Source of the DNA: Botryllus schlosseri
Lineage: Eukaryota
Direction: 5' to 3'
Assembly: GCA_051294905.1 (NCBI GenBank)
Contig: CM119372.1
Location: forward strand, 22,260,001-22,324,000
Length of the DNA stretch: 64,000 nt
The notes under the pieces were generated by a model that saw only the letters and a program-made list of their open reading frames with translations, did not search any database and was not told where the DNA came from. The translations under genes and the position numbers were made by a program. Positions 24,560-36,907 of this stretch are shown here, one piece after another. Positions within the stretch are counted from its first letter, which is position 1; each line of letters opens with the position of its first letter.

Positions 24560-25685
24560 TCTCAGTTTACAAGCCGTTATCATTAAATGTATTGTGACAG
24601 GCCGAGTTGAAGCTTTCGTTTCTTCGTGTAATAGAATGTGTCATTGTCACAGAAGGCCTGTAGTATGGAAATTGGTGTAAGGGTTTGTTTCATTCCTACC
24701 ATTATTATTAAATATTATTATTTTTATTACTGCTGCAGTTTTGATGTTGATCACAGTCACCAACTCAGCATTTTCATGGAATAAACGGAGACATGTATTA
24801 TCAATTATGCAGGCTGATGATCATGATGCAACATTGCGAAACCTTGTTTGTTAGGAAAGCACTGTCTTAAACTGCTGATGGCGTTTAGTACTCTGTGCAA
24901 GTAATCTACTATGCATACATAGTCGCATTGCGAATTCGTAGTGACTTAAAGGAGTGGTGTTACAATCGACCTCATACTTGTGGGTCAACCAGTATTTCCA
25001 TTTCCATGCTCATCCTACTGCCACGAGATCATGAAAACGGCGCTGCGTCCCAATATGTCTTAATTCCAGGCACTAGGATGGATTTACAGAGTGTTAGCTT
25101 ATAGTAATACGTATAGGGGGTGCGTTTTCATCTGGTTAACCAATATAACCATCGTATAGACGAAGCGGCAGATCAGTGAATATACTACACATCTTTTTAG
25201 CGATAAATAGTGTTGACTTGTCTTCATTTCGGTTATGAAATTACGAGAAAGAGTGATGCAATGATTCCGATAGTGAGTGCATCGCCATCGAGTGAGATAG
25301 TAGGAACGCGACCCGGAGGTAAGATATTGGTATATGCCAAATTCAAGTTGAGTGGCGCGGCGGACCAGTCAAGTCATGCCAAATCTAGGCGTTCGTTCTC
25401 AGTGAGATGGTCATTATGAAGTCCATAGTCAGGGATATATCGAACTCAACGGACGACGTTCGGTCAGGAACGTTCGAGTGTGAATCTATAAAATGGAATA
25501 CTGATCCAATACGGGTCCTGTTTCTGTCTTCAATGTTCAAATATGAATTTAATATAAACCTGCTAAACGTTGAGCATCTATTGCAAATCATATACCTCGG
25601 CGATGTGTTGAATTTTGCTATTAAGAATTCTCAAAAAATATCGTGCAATGCAAAAATCAGAAGAGTCCGGGATCATACAAAACAT

Positions 25686-27159
25686 CAGAGGTGGTCAAAG
25701 TAGTCAAGAAAGCTACTCAAGTAGAAGTAGAAGTATCCACGGAAAAATCTGCTCAAGTACGAGTAGAATTACTTCTTGAATAAGGCACCTAAAACTACTT
25801 GAAGTAGAAGTAGAATTAACTGACTTTAAATCTACTCAAGTAAGTAAGTAGTTTTGAAAACAGTCTTAATTCGTTCGCATTGTCATTCAAAAGCTGCGAA
25901 TTGAGCTTTGCGGAAGGAGCATAGAGCTTGATACGTATTAATGCATCCCAGAAGGTATCAATTTTCGCATCATGGGATGCAAATTATAGTATTGATATGA
26001 AAATGCGATACTGACCCTTCGTTTACTAAAGGACCCCGTTTCAGAGAATATCATTGCATGGCGACTACCCCATATTATAATAACGCGGCTCCAAGTTTAG
26101 GCGAAGAGCAATACGTAGAAATTGTATCGGATACGGTTTCATCACTTTGCGCGATTAATATACGTTAATAACAAATATTGTGGACCATAAAAGTTTTATT
26201 CAGTGTAGCTTTATTTTTGGAAAATACTGGCATTTCCACACTTGCTTTTATGCTTCAACATGTATGTTCTGGAGACAAAAGAACTGAAAGTAATTAGAGC
26301 TCAAAGTATGATACTCTAGCAGCCAATGTTCCCTCTAATTTTTGACGAGTCTGCGCACACTCAACAACTCACTGCGCAGACCCTTGGACAACAGTGCGCA
26401 CCGACTAAAAAAAGGTCATCACTTCGGATTTTTTTGTGCGCAACCTAGATATTCTGTGCGCAGAGACCGTGTCAGCACTGCGCATTTGCGCACGTGCGCA
26501 GCTTAGAGGGAACATTGAGTCGAAATTGAGAATGAAATACAAATGCCACTTCTAAAAACCGGAAACTATATTTCATGTCCTTTGTCCATAAGGCTTCAAA
26601 GGTGATCTGCTACAGCAGGTGTAACGTTAAAAAAAGCTGGATTCTCCAGATTAGCTAGACATGTAATGGGCTGCTAGATTAGCCTACGATATGATAGGTA
26701 ATTGCTAGATTGCGAAACGGTAGTTTCGAACGTTATGGTGGATCATATTTACAGTGATGAAATATTTGATATGGGTGATAATGCGGTGTGAGGGGAATCA
26801 AGCAATCCGGTACCTAAATTATAATCAATGATACTTTCGCGAAAACATATTCGTCACTCCGTAACTATTGTGCGCGAAGCGCAACAAAATTTATGGGCTT
26901 TACTTGACTTTTATGAATATTAAATGTTGGTATACTCCGTGAAAACAGCCCCGAAATTACTCATGCTATATTTCGTATTGGAGGATTAAACTACTTCTCC
27001 TTGACAAGCTGAAAATAGCGAAAAGTAAGTAAGTAGATCACAAAATATTACGAAGTAGAAGTAGAGAAAATCAGATCTACTTGATTAAGTACCAGAAGTA
27101 TAGGAAAAATACTTGAGTACTTCCAAAAAGAAGAAGTAGTTCGTTACTGACCACCTTTG
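25686..27159 (-). mobile_element. CAGAGGTGGTCA-family element (inverted), with a nested 194-bp MITE at 26324-26517
   Basis: Perfect TSD caaaacat. Inner TIR CAATGTTCCCTCTAA with TGCGCA repeats; a second copy of the inner MITE is at ~48560-48747. Confidence 0.9.
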
Positions 27160-28689
27160 CAAAACATCGAAGTCTACATACGGTAAGAAAGTTACATTCG
27201 AGCTCCTGATTCGGATCCCGCAATCGTCCAAAAACGAGTATCTGAATACCATAATGCTTCAGATAAACCTTGCCAGATATTCCTATTCGGTTGGAATTCA
27301 AAACCTGATCCAGTAGGCCAGGACCTCGGGGGTTCCCAAACTAAGGGTCGCGACCCCAATGGGTTGTCTGCCTATTCACTGGGGTCGCGGAGACGGAAAT
27401 TTAGTACCAATGACTATTAGAAGAATGTCGATTGGGCGGATGCTATCGGTGGCTCATTTCTGAATGTTTTGGTTCATTTTTCAAAATAGAAGAAAAAACT
27501 AATGCGATTCCGACAAACAAGGTACCAGATCAGTCGAACGTCAGTTAAAGCGCCACCAACTACAGAGATATCAAAATATCCCTGACCTACTATAACGCAA
27601 GGTTGGTGTCTGGTCATTAGTATGAAAATTAAAGTGTCGGGAGCATAGAAACCAATAGGACGGTTTTATTTCCTTCCGGGAAAACTACAAGTGACCGGTA
27701 ATGCTATGTGTTAACAATATAATGCATACACAGGACGCACGTAATAATCACGTAAGTAAACTCGTAGTAATCAGCACGTCGAATTCAGAGGTGAGGTAGC
27801 GAAACATTTTCAAGTCGAAATTGGAGGTCGTGACCATAGAAAGTTTGGAAACCCCTGCTGTAGGCTATATGGGGCATGAGGCGCTCAGTAACGATCGAAG
27901 TAGTCCATTTCTACTTTTTTGGAGTACACACAAGTAGGTGTTATCGACACCGATTACTGGATGACTTGAAAGTGACTTGTGAATTTTGCTCCGAGTCACG
28001 AGTCAATCCACGTTTCTCGAGTCAAGTCAAGTCAAGTCATTTTAGTAAAGTGACTCGAGTCAAGTCAAGTCATACAACAAAGGTGACTTGAGTCAAGTCA
28101 AGTCATGATTCGAGTCATCCCGGCACTGGTATGACGTTGGTTCTACTTGAGTATCAACGATTGCCACCATCTCTGTTGTTAACGTCTGATTGACACACTG
28201 TTGACAGTATTTACGTCTGTATGCCGCTCAGATATTGCGTCTCGATTTGTTCAAGTTTCTTCGACTCCTATTATCAAGTGAATTTAAGATTTCAACTCAA
28301 GTCATACGTATCACAAGTTTAGTTCAGTTCAATAATCATTTCAGAACACCACAAGATTGTGTTGAAATGAAAAGATATGAACTATCATTCATGTTGGTTG
28401 GTTTATTAGCAATGTTATCATGCGATACATTCATAATGCGATACATAGAAAAGATTGGAAGGTGTCGAAGCGACTCATGTCTAAACTGTGTCTGGGGTGT
28501 GTTCTTGATTGGTACAATGGCGCCGCTCAGGCATTATATGTGTGTTTACGTTTGTTAAACACGTATGAATCTCTCGGGTATCGTATAAGGACTCTACTTA
28601 CGTTTGTTGGAATTGTATTTACGTCTCTTTGGTATCGTTTCTGGTTCAAGTCATTGCGTGTGAGACGAGCCACTGAGTCGAACGCCAAG

Positions 28690-30977
28690 CAGGGCTGTAA
28701 CTAAGTCACAAACCTCCGAGTCACACGTAAATCTCACTTTTATAATTTTGACTCGAGTCAAGTCGCGTCATTTTCAATTCACCACCGAGTCAAGTCCAAA
28801 TCCAAGTCAGCGAGCAGAGGGTCAAGTTCGAGTCATGGTATTATGACTCGAGTCCGAGTCCAAGTCATATTGTGCTGACTGCTTAGTTTCCAGTTAAAGT
28901 CTTGCTGAACCCACTTTTTATAACTCTGCTTGATGATATCGAATCGTTAGAATTTATATTATACTAATTTTCGTCACTTTTAACAGTTTCTGGTCGCATC
29001 TGTAAGCAGCACCGTAACTGCCGCACCCCAAACCCCCCAATTGGGGGGCCCGAGCTCGATGGACATATACAATCAAGTTTTAGGCCATATAACATGCGAC
29101 TCCAAGAAGTGTGCCAGAACGATTGGCAGCGAGAAAAGCTTGACCGAAAAGGTCTATGCCCTTATGCAGATCAAAGACTTCGCTATATATACAAAATACA
29201 TATAGGTTTAATTGTCCATAGGCGCCTAAATGACAGGCGCCGATTGTTCCTTTTATGCCAGTGAAGAAATACCAATTTGAAATCGTGTGCTTCTCTTAGT
29301 TTAGAAGCCTACGTTTGGGCGGTTCTATATTTTTTGATATAGCAGACTGGAAATCACGAAATACCATCATGTAACGAAGTCATATCAACGGTTCCGCCCG
29401 CCCGAAGATGTTTAATTATTATTTACGGGTCCTCCCGTTTTCAAGACACTTCACTCAGCTCTACCGGTAAATTTAATTACGTGAGTATAGAGAGGACAAT
29501 AAATTGATAGCATATTATATATGCAGTCGCCGATCTGATTGACCGATTTTATCATAAATTATCGAAAATTTTCGCGCTTCGCGCCGGCTCACAATACAGT
29601 ACGGCTAGTTTCGTGACAAACGCGAACAACGTGATGACGGGGTTGTTGTTTTATCATCCTATGGGAGCCAAAGACCCACGTTTTTGGGGGCCTGACGAGG
29701 TGCTGTATCGTTCCTGCCAACGGGTATACGCCCGAAGATGTTTAATTATTATTGAGTGGTCCTACCTTTTCAAACACACCTCACTCAGCACTACCGGCAA
29801 ATCTGATTACGTGAGTATAGAGAGGACAATGAATTGATAGCATATTATATATGCAGTCGCCGATCTGATTGACCGATTTTATCATAAATTGTCGAAAATT
29901 TTCGCGCTTAGCGCTGGCTCACAATACAGTACGGGTAATTTCGTGACAAACGCGAACAACGTGATGGGGGGGGGGGTCGTTTTATCACCCTATGGGAGCC
30001 CAAGACCCACGTTTTTGGGGGCCTGACGAGGTGCTGTTTTGTTCCTGCCAACGGGTATACGCCCGAAGATGTTTAATTATTATTGAGTGGTCCTACCTTT
30101 TCAAACACACCTCACTCAGCACTACCGGCAAATCTGATTACGTGAGTAGAGAGGACAATAAATTGATAGCATATTATATATGCAGTCGTCGATCTGATTG
30201 ACCGATTTTATCATAAATTATCGAAAATTTTAGCGCTTCGCGCTGGCTCACAGTAAAGTACGGGTAATTTCGTGACAAACGCGAACAACGTGATGGGGGG
30301 TCGTTTTATCACCCTATGGGGGGGGGGTCGTTTTATCACCCTATGGGGGTGCTGTTTTGTTCCTGCCAACGGGTATATATACGCCCGAAGATGTTTAATT
30401 ATTATTGAGTGGCCCTACCTTTTCAAACACACCTCACTCAGCTCTACCGGCAAATCTGATTACGTGACCAAAGAGAGGATAAAAATTGATAACAATGTAT
30501 GCAATTCCCGATCATACTGACCGATGAAATCATGAATTCTAGAAATTTTGCGCGCATTGCGCGCTTAGGCGACAAAAGCTGATTGACTAAATAAACTCCC
30601 AATGACTACGATGAATAGCGGTAAACAGCGTATCGGCGGAGGGGGGTCTATAACCCTATGGGGGGCCCAAAACCAAAGTTTTTTTGGGGGGGGGGCTGAC
30701 GAAGTGCTGTTACGGCCCTGTCTATAAGTACCAGTACCAAAATAGACGAAATCCCAAGTGTGATTTCTTTACTATTATTCGAAATTACAATGAAATGTCG
30801 GTCTTGGTCGTCTGAGTCTCGAGTCATATGACTTGGTTCGAGTCATGCGCAATGACTCGAGTCCAAGTCTAGTCAATACACAGATTGACTCGAATCGAGT
30901 CATTTCCGTATTTTGAGAAAATGACTCGAGTCAAGTCGAGTCATCAGAAAATCGTGACTCGAGTCATTACAGCCCTG
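28690..30977 (+). mobile_element. GACTCGAGTC-family element interrupted by element 29007-30720
   Basis: TIR CAGGGCTGTAA, TSD acgccaag/actccaag; inner TSD tctgtaag/tctataag. Confidence 0.85.
29401..30560. repeat. Tandem array of ~330-bp units (about 3.5 copies)
   Basis: CCCGAAGATGTTTAATTATT recurs at 29401, 29731, 30062 and ~30383; related units at ~48500-49740 and ~45750-45830. Confidence 0.92.
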
Positions 30978-31077
30978 ACTCCAAGTCATGTCTACTCTTT
31001 CCTAAATTTTCATTTCATCGCAATCTAGTGGTATTTCGAAACCAAGGGACATTGTCGAAAGTTAACATTCGGGGAAG

Positions 31078-32500
31078 ATAGCGTAGTGGTAACGATAAGC
31101 GCCCACCAATCTGACGGATACTGCTCGATTACCGTCGAAGGTTTATTTGGGCTCCTCTTCCCCCGCCGTTGCCGTTCTTACGGCGACAAAAAAGCCCAGA
31201 AAAAGACCCGACGAAAGAAAGCACTAGCAGAAAGGGCCGCGGCTTCAGAAAGATCAACGTTCAACACAACATCGAAAAGAACTGAAGACATCGGGCACTC
31301 TAGGCCAGGGCTGGCCAACCTTTTTAGCCAAAGGGCCACATTCGATTGACGAACTTTTGCGCGGGCCACAATCCGCGCGAAGCGCGAAAATTTTTTGAAG
31401 TTCATAGGTCAATTATATTGTCACTTGATTATATTGCGGGCCTGCTGTATATCGCTGGGCTAAGTTTGCGAGGACTGGGCCATTCGGCGCATGGACATAT
31501 TGATATCGAAAGCTGCGACCAACATGCGTCAATCATTTCGTGCCTAGGTTTCATAGTTGACGGTCTCACTGCCAGTGCAAACGCAAGGTCGCACATGTTG
31601 AACGACACTTTGTCTCGTAATCGCTAATATAATTAGACTCAATCTGATACAATGGGTGTTCTTCAATTTTCACAAAAGGGCAGCAATATTAAGAACAGGA
31701 AATCGAGTGACAACATATTGCGATAAGCTTGTAGAAAATTTTTACCTTTGATAAATCTATCGCAAATTATTCTGCTTTATTGTAGTGTACGAAGATATAC
31801 CAATATATGAATGGTTGATGGATCTGTCAATGAGTCGAAACTGATATTTTAGTCATCACATCTCAAGTGTTGCGGCCAGACTAATCAAATTTTTGGTTGG
31901 CCTTGCAAGTTCACAATCTGTGCAATCCATTTTTGATGATATTATAAAATTCGGAAATTACCTCGCGGGCCACTCAAAACCTTCTCGCGGGCCATATGTG
32001 GCCCGCGGGCCACGGGTTGGTCGGCCCTGCTCTAGGCCGAGGATCGCTACTGATGCGTATCGTTCGACATCCTCCTATCTCAGTGGTTCCCAACGTGGGC
32101 GATATCGCCAAATGGCAAAGGGGGCGACAGGGGGCGAAATTAGCCAAGGGGGCGATAGGGGGCGATGGCGCGCCAAAACGGCCGACCTTTTTTTTTTTTT
32201 TTTTTTAGTCATCCACCTAGCAATGCGGAGAGAAAAACGTTATTTTGAGCTCTGAGCGGAAAAAAATGACCTTTTTTTTTTAGTCAACCCGCCGGTGATT
32301 ACAGTTTGTATGCCCATTTTTCGGTACACAAAATCTGGGGGGCGATGATCGGTGTTAAGCTTGAAAAGGGGGCGATGGTTCGAAAAAGGTTGGGAACCAC
32401 TGTCCTATCTGTTCATGAAATCGCATTGTGTCTTATCGCATTGTACATTGTGTGAGACTTGTTCAGATGAAAAATATAACCCAACGATATATACATATAT
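31078..32500 (+). mobile_element. tRNA-derived SINE split by two hAT MITEs (31306-32029 and 32081-32402)
   Basis: The three pieces align with the intact copy at ~38540-38895; the MITE TSDs ctctaggc and tcctatct are perfect. Confidence 0.85.
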
Positions 32501-32875
32501 ATTCGATAGTATCATCACGTAGCGTTGTAAATTGCTATGGTATCATTATAGAGTCTCTATAGTATCATTGAAGGGAGAAAGCCACCAAGCCCTATCACGC
32601 TTCGGTGACGTTGTCATGATTGTCTTTATCGTTACAACGATTTCTATGAAGCCGCGATCTTAATTTACGGATAACTAACTTACGGAGGTACTAGCTATTA
32701 GCTAACGAACTAACTAACCTACCGTAGGTTAATTATCTATACTTGATTAGAGGTAGGAGCTGCTGAGTCCCGGACGTGTTAGTTTTAGTTGTTGCCGTTC
32801 TGGGGCGACTGTCAGCTATTGCATATGCAATATGCATACGGTAGGCGTCAAGTGAGTACAAAGTGAGCTCTAGCT

Positions 32876-33951
32876 CAGAGATCTCAAACTCGAGTGTGCT
32901 CGCGAATATTTGGATAAAATTGTTTTTGTGCGGGGCATAATTTTTTTAATTGATGAGTTGTAGACATCATACGAGAGGATGCATCATGACATCGTAAAAC
33001 TGTCGGGTTATAATATTGCAGCTAGTAGACCTATTCATTTTCAACACAATTTCTGATGGTACCTTTATTAAAATCAGAAAGCCCACATTCTCATGAAATC
33101 GCGCGTAGAGCTAAGACCATTTTCCAGTTTGAATAAATTGGTGAAAAAAATATTCCACAGCACTGACAGCAGATAGGCCTAATTCGACAATGCATCTCGT
33201 ACACCCTGATGTGGTGCTTCGCACCCCGCTGGGATCTACGGACCCTGGTTAAGAACCCCTGGAATATAGAAATATCCAATCGGCGAAGAATTCATTGGTG
33301 TTACAGCTGTAGAGCGTACTACTACCTTACTTGTCACCGATAATAACATGGATGAAGAGAACAACAACACCCAGCATGTAACCAACTACACGTCACGGGG
33401 TTCACATAATCCCAATGGTTGCTATACAGACCTGGTTAGATAGTTATTTACCCTACGCAACGCAAGCTACGACCTTTTGATATATTACTATTCCCCGTGG
33501 CAGTTTCATAGATTGATGCGTCCGTAGGATTACCAAGTCACCGTTCCGAGTCGCAAGTCCTTCTCTGATTTTAACGTTTGACCCGACTCATTTTTATTTG
33601 ATCACCCAGTCAATATGAAATCGAGTCATTTTACGAAAGGTTGCACCAAATCAAATCACAATTTTCAGTCACGAATCATCAATAGGTCATGTTTTATCAT
33701 CATGAACTAGAAATGTGACGTAATAGCTGATCTTCTACTGCTTGGTAGCTTTTAAAAGTGATGTGAAAGTGTAGTTTGTTGAGATTCCAGTGATTTTATA
33801 GTTGTTTTACGGTGAACGTTAAGTTCTTGTATCTAAAAAAGATATGTGGCACTTGAATATATCGTCGAATACTAGAAATTCCAAAATGCCGTCGCAGGCC
33901 GCATAAAATGTTCTCGAGGGCCGAATGCGGCCCGCTTGTTTGAGACCTCTG
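32876..33951. mobile_element. Non-autonomous hAT (Buster/Charlie-like) element
   Basis: TIR CAGAG(A/G)TCTCAAAC, perfect TSD ctctagct. Confidence 0.88.
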
Positions 33952-34632
33952 CTCTAGCTAGTGATTCAGAACACCCTTCCCATCTTTTCATTTCATTGCA
34001 ATCTTGTGGTGTTCTGATCTGATGAAATTATTAATATAATGATAATGACACTGATAGTGATATTGAAATATCAAAATGTCGGTAATCTTAGAAATATAAC
34101 CACTATCTATCATGAAAATGCTGAATAGAAGTAGATTTAAAGTCAGTCAATTTTTCTTCTACATCAAGTAGTTTTAGGTTGCTTATGAAAGAAGTACTTC
34201 TACTCATACTTGAGTAGATCTTTTAGTCGCTACTTCTACTTCTACTTGAGTAGCTTTCTTGACTACTTTGACCACCTCTGGGTTTGGAATTGTTCACAAA
34301 AGTCAAAACCTCAGGTAGGATTTACTGCACACTGTGGCTTAATCACTCTTCTTCCTTCCAAGCTTTGGAAACTGACATCATGTTGGTCACATCGTGGAGA
34401 GTTCACGGCATCATCTAATTGTTTGAAAATACCATCCTCTTTCAAATCACTTTGGTTCCTAAATAAGAAATTAGGCCTATCAACCTGGCTAGCGGCCGAT
34501 ATGGACCCATAGTGTGTACCTGTTGTTTTCCTCCACTTATTTCCATCACCCAATCCATTCTTTTCTGTGGTTTGCACCATGGCACTAATCTATTTTCGTT
34601 ATAGCGTATTTACAAGCTGACATACGAATACC

Positions 34633-36051
34633 ATGCCATCTTCAAAGCCATTGCGCACCAATTACTACACGGGTGAAATCAGCAACCAACTTCGAGATGG
34701 ATTCGGAGTGTACGTCTACAAGAACAAATTCTTCCGCTACGAAGGAGATTGGGCGAAAGGAAAAAAGCACGGTCACGGTAAGCTGATCATGGCCGACGGC
34801 AGTTACTACGAAGGGGAATTTAAAGACGGCGAAATCGAAGGACACGGGTTCCGCAAATGGCAACACACCGGACATTCCTATTCCGGAGAATTCCGGGCCG
34901 GTGAGATGCACGGGCATGGTGTCATGGACTACGCAGACGGCAGTCAATACAAGGGACAGTTTGAGAACAACTGCCGGCAGGGCGGCGGTATATTTGTGGA
35001 CTCCTGCGGTAATCGCTATGAAGGGACTTGGCACAATAACAAACAAAATGGCGCTGGTACTTTGATTTTTCAAAACGGAGATGTATTCGAAGGGACGTTT
35101 GTGCGAGGATCACGTCAAGGAGACGGGTTGCTGCGATTTCAAAACGGGGGTTACTACACGGGGCAATGGCACGACGATAAGTTCAGCGGAGAAGGTAAAA
35201 TAGTGTACGGCAGTGGTGTAGAATACACGGGGCTGTGGCTGAACGGTGGCCAGGCTCTTAACGCCAAGGAATTAGTATTAACGGATAGCAGAAAACGAGT
35301 GGAATGTACTGAGAATCAAAATTTTGCCGTTAAATTCAATTTGCTGGATCAAAACGGTAACGTATTGGCGGAAGAGAGTGGAAGGAAATTTGAGATTTCT
35401 GCTGGAATAAAATACGCAGCGCAGAATAAGAGCCATCAATCTCTTCTTGAACTCATCGAGGACATTGAAGAAAAACCAATTGCTACCCCATTTGGGTATG
35501 ATGTTCTACCATATCCGTTGATACTACAAGACGACGCTTCCGAAGAAGACATGCAATCTTTGGTAGATATGACTATTACCGAGCAAGGTGAAAAGGCGAC
35601 ACCATCGGATGACGTCTCCGTCAACAGAAAAGACGACACAGACTCTATTTCACATACGAGGGAATTTGTGAAGCAATCCTTGGAAGAGACGAACGCGTCG
35701 TTCGACGACTCCAGATCATGGTTACAGAACACAGGCCCAATCAGCGTCGCGTTAGAAGGGGTGGTTACTTTTGAAAACCTGTTTTTGCCCTACTTTGCCC
35801 CGAAGCAGGCGGAAGATACGAAATCAAAAAAGAGTCGCGATCCTAGTGCTGTATCGTCGATCGGGTCTGATGCAAAAGGCAACACGGCGCATAAGTCTTC
35901 CGGAGATAAAGGCGCATTGCCCGGAGAATATGTGCTTTTGGTCAAGGACGTTACGGACCATGCCAGTTGTGAAAGCAGGCTAGACACATTTTTTACTACT
36001 TTGGTTATCGGGGCGCCAAAGCAACCGAAAAAGTCAAAAACCAAAATTTGA
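34633..36051 (+). CDS. MORN1: MORN repeat-containing protein 1-like, single coding exon, 472 aa
   Basis: Tandem MORN repeats (YEGDWAKGKKHGHGKL, YEGEFKDGEIEGHG, YEGTWHNNKQNGAGTL). The N-terminal GFGVYVYKNKFFRYEG closely resembles vertebrate MORN1 as I recall it. ATG is in a good context (ACCATG). Confidence 0.9.
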   Translation: MPSSKPLRTNYYTGEISNQLRDGFGVYVYKNKFFRYEGDWAKGKKHGHGKLIMADGSYYEGEFKDGEIEGHGFRKWQHTGHSYSGEFRAGEMHGHGVMDYADGSQYKGQFENNCRQGGGIFVDSCGNRYEGTWHNNKQNGAGTLIFQNGDVFEGTFVRGSRQGDGLLRFQNGGYYTGQWHDDKFSGEGKIVYGSGVEYTGLWLNGGQALNAKELVLTDSRKRVECTENQNFAVKFNLLDQNGNVLAEESGRKFEISAGIKYAAQNKSHQSLLELIEDIEEKPIATPFGYDVLPYPLILQDDASEEDMQSLVDMTITEQGEKATPSDDVSVNRKDDTDSISHTREFVKQSLEETNASFDDSRSWLQNTGPISVALEGVVTFENLFLPYFAPKQAEDTKSKKSRDPSAVSSIGSDAKGNTAHKSSGDKGALPGEYVLLVKDVTDHASCESRLDTFFTTLVIGAPKQPKKSKTKI

Positions 36052-36524
36052 CAATCCCAAATTAATGATTCCTCTCTACTCTTTGTATTTTCTCCAACCG
36101 TTTTTCATACAAAAATGTCTATTTCATTAATTTTATGTCCGAGAATTTATGATTTGATGAAATCTGTTAGATTTTAGGCTGTTACATTGATTTACCTCAA
36201 ATTCCACCAAGGTTAGACTTTGGAAATCAAGTACTAATACCTGTGACAACGAAATCTTGGTTCTGTTCAAATAGTGAGTCAAGCTTTCAACTTCGTGTAG
36301 AGAGGACATGTCTCCTCGTCAATGACAGAGTACTATACTACCATCATACCAGCCTATATTTGGACTTCAAGGCAGAGAGATAGCTTCTTATGTTTCAGTG
36401 TCCACAGAATAATTATACTTACCCAACCAAACCACGGTAACCGGAGTATAACTGTTGGGACGCAATTGTGACGCTTGGCCAAGATATAATTCACGCTAGA
36501 GTCGCTTCTGTAATGGCGATCATC

Positions 36525-36530
36525 TTTATT
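36525..36530 (-). terminator. Candidate chordin polyadenylation signal AATAAA
   Basis: tttatt on + strand, downstream of the predicted stop at 36839. Confidence 0.5.
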
Positions 36531-36838
36531 GAATTTACAGCAAACAATTTCTCTCTACTTTCTATCAGGACTTCATTAATGAGATGTTGCTTTCTCGGAA
36601 ATGCTTATTAAACACATATAATTCTGACCAATTGTAGAATTTGTTACTTGGGTTGCGGAAGAAATTTCTGGCGTTCAGGCGTCCTAAGCATGAATTTTCA
36701 ATTGTTCAGTCCGTAAGGACGCAGCATTCGAATGAGCTGATATCGTATGCGGCTTCCGTAGTCTTACGCTAGTAGCCTACGGCACTTCCGTGACGCTTAT
36801 GAGTCTTGGTCGCTTTGTAGACGACGAATCACAAATGT

Positions 36839-36907
36839 TCAATTTTCAGTTCCAGCTTTCGCACATATCCGGTTGCATCGCACTTTAACGCCCTTTTCAG
36901 AATCCTT
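36839..36907 (-). CDS. Chrd: Chordin predicted last exon (KDSEKGVKVRCNRICAKAGTEN*)
   Basis: Acceptor catacgcag| in phase 0, VRCNRIC continues the VWC pattern, and AATAAA follows ~310 nt downstream. Confidence 0.7.
   Translation of the reverse strand, partial: KDSEKGVKVRCNRICAKAGTEN

Noticed and set aside
29401..30560. Regularly spaced repeats as a possible CRISPR array
   Set aside because: The whole 330-bp unit repeats, there are no unique spacers or cas genes, and the context is eukaryotic.
34642..36044. Minus-strand ORFs overlapping MORN1
   Set aside because: Antisense shadows of a real coding sequence.
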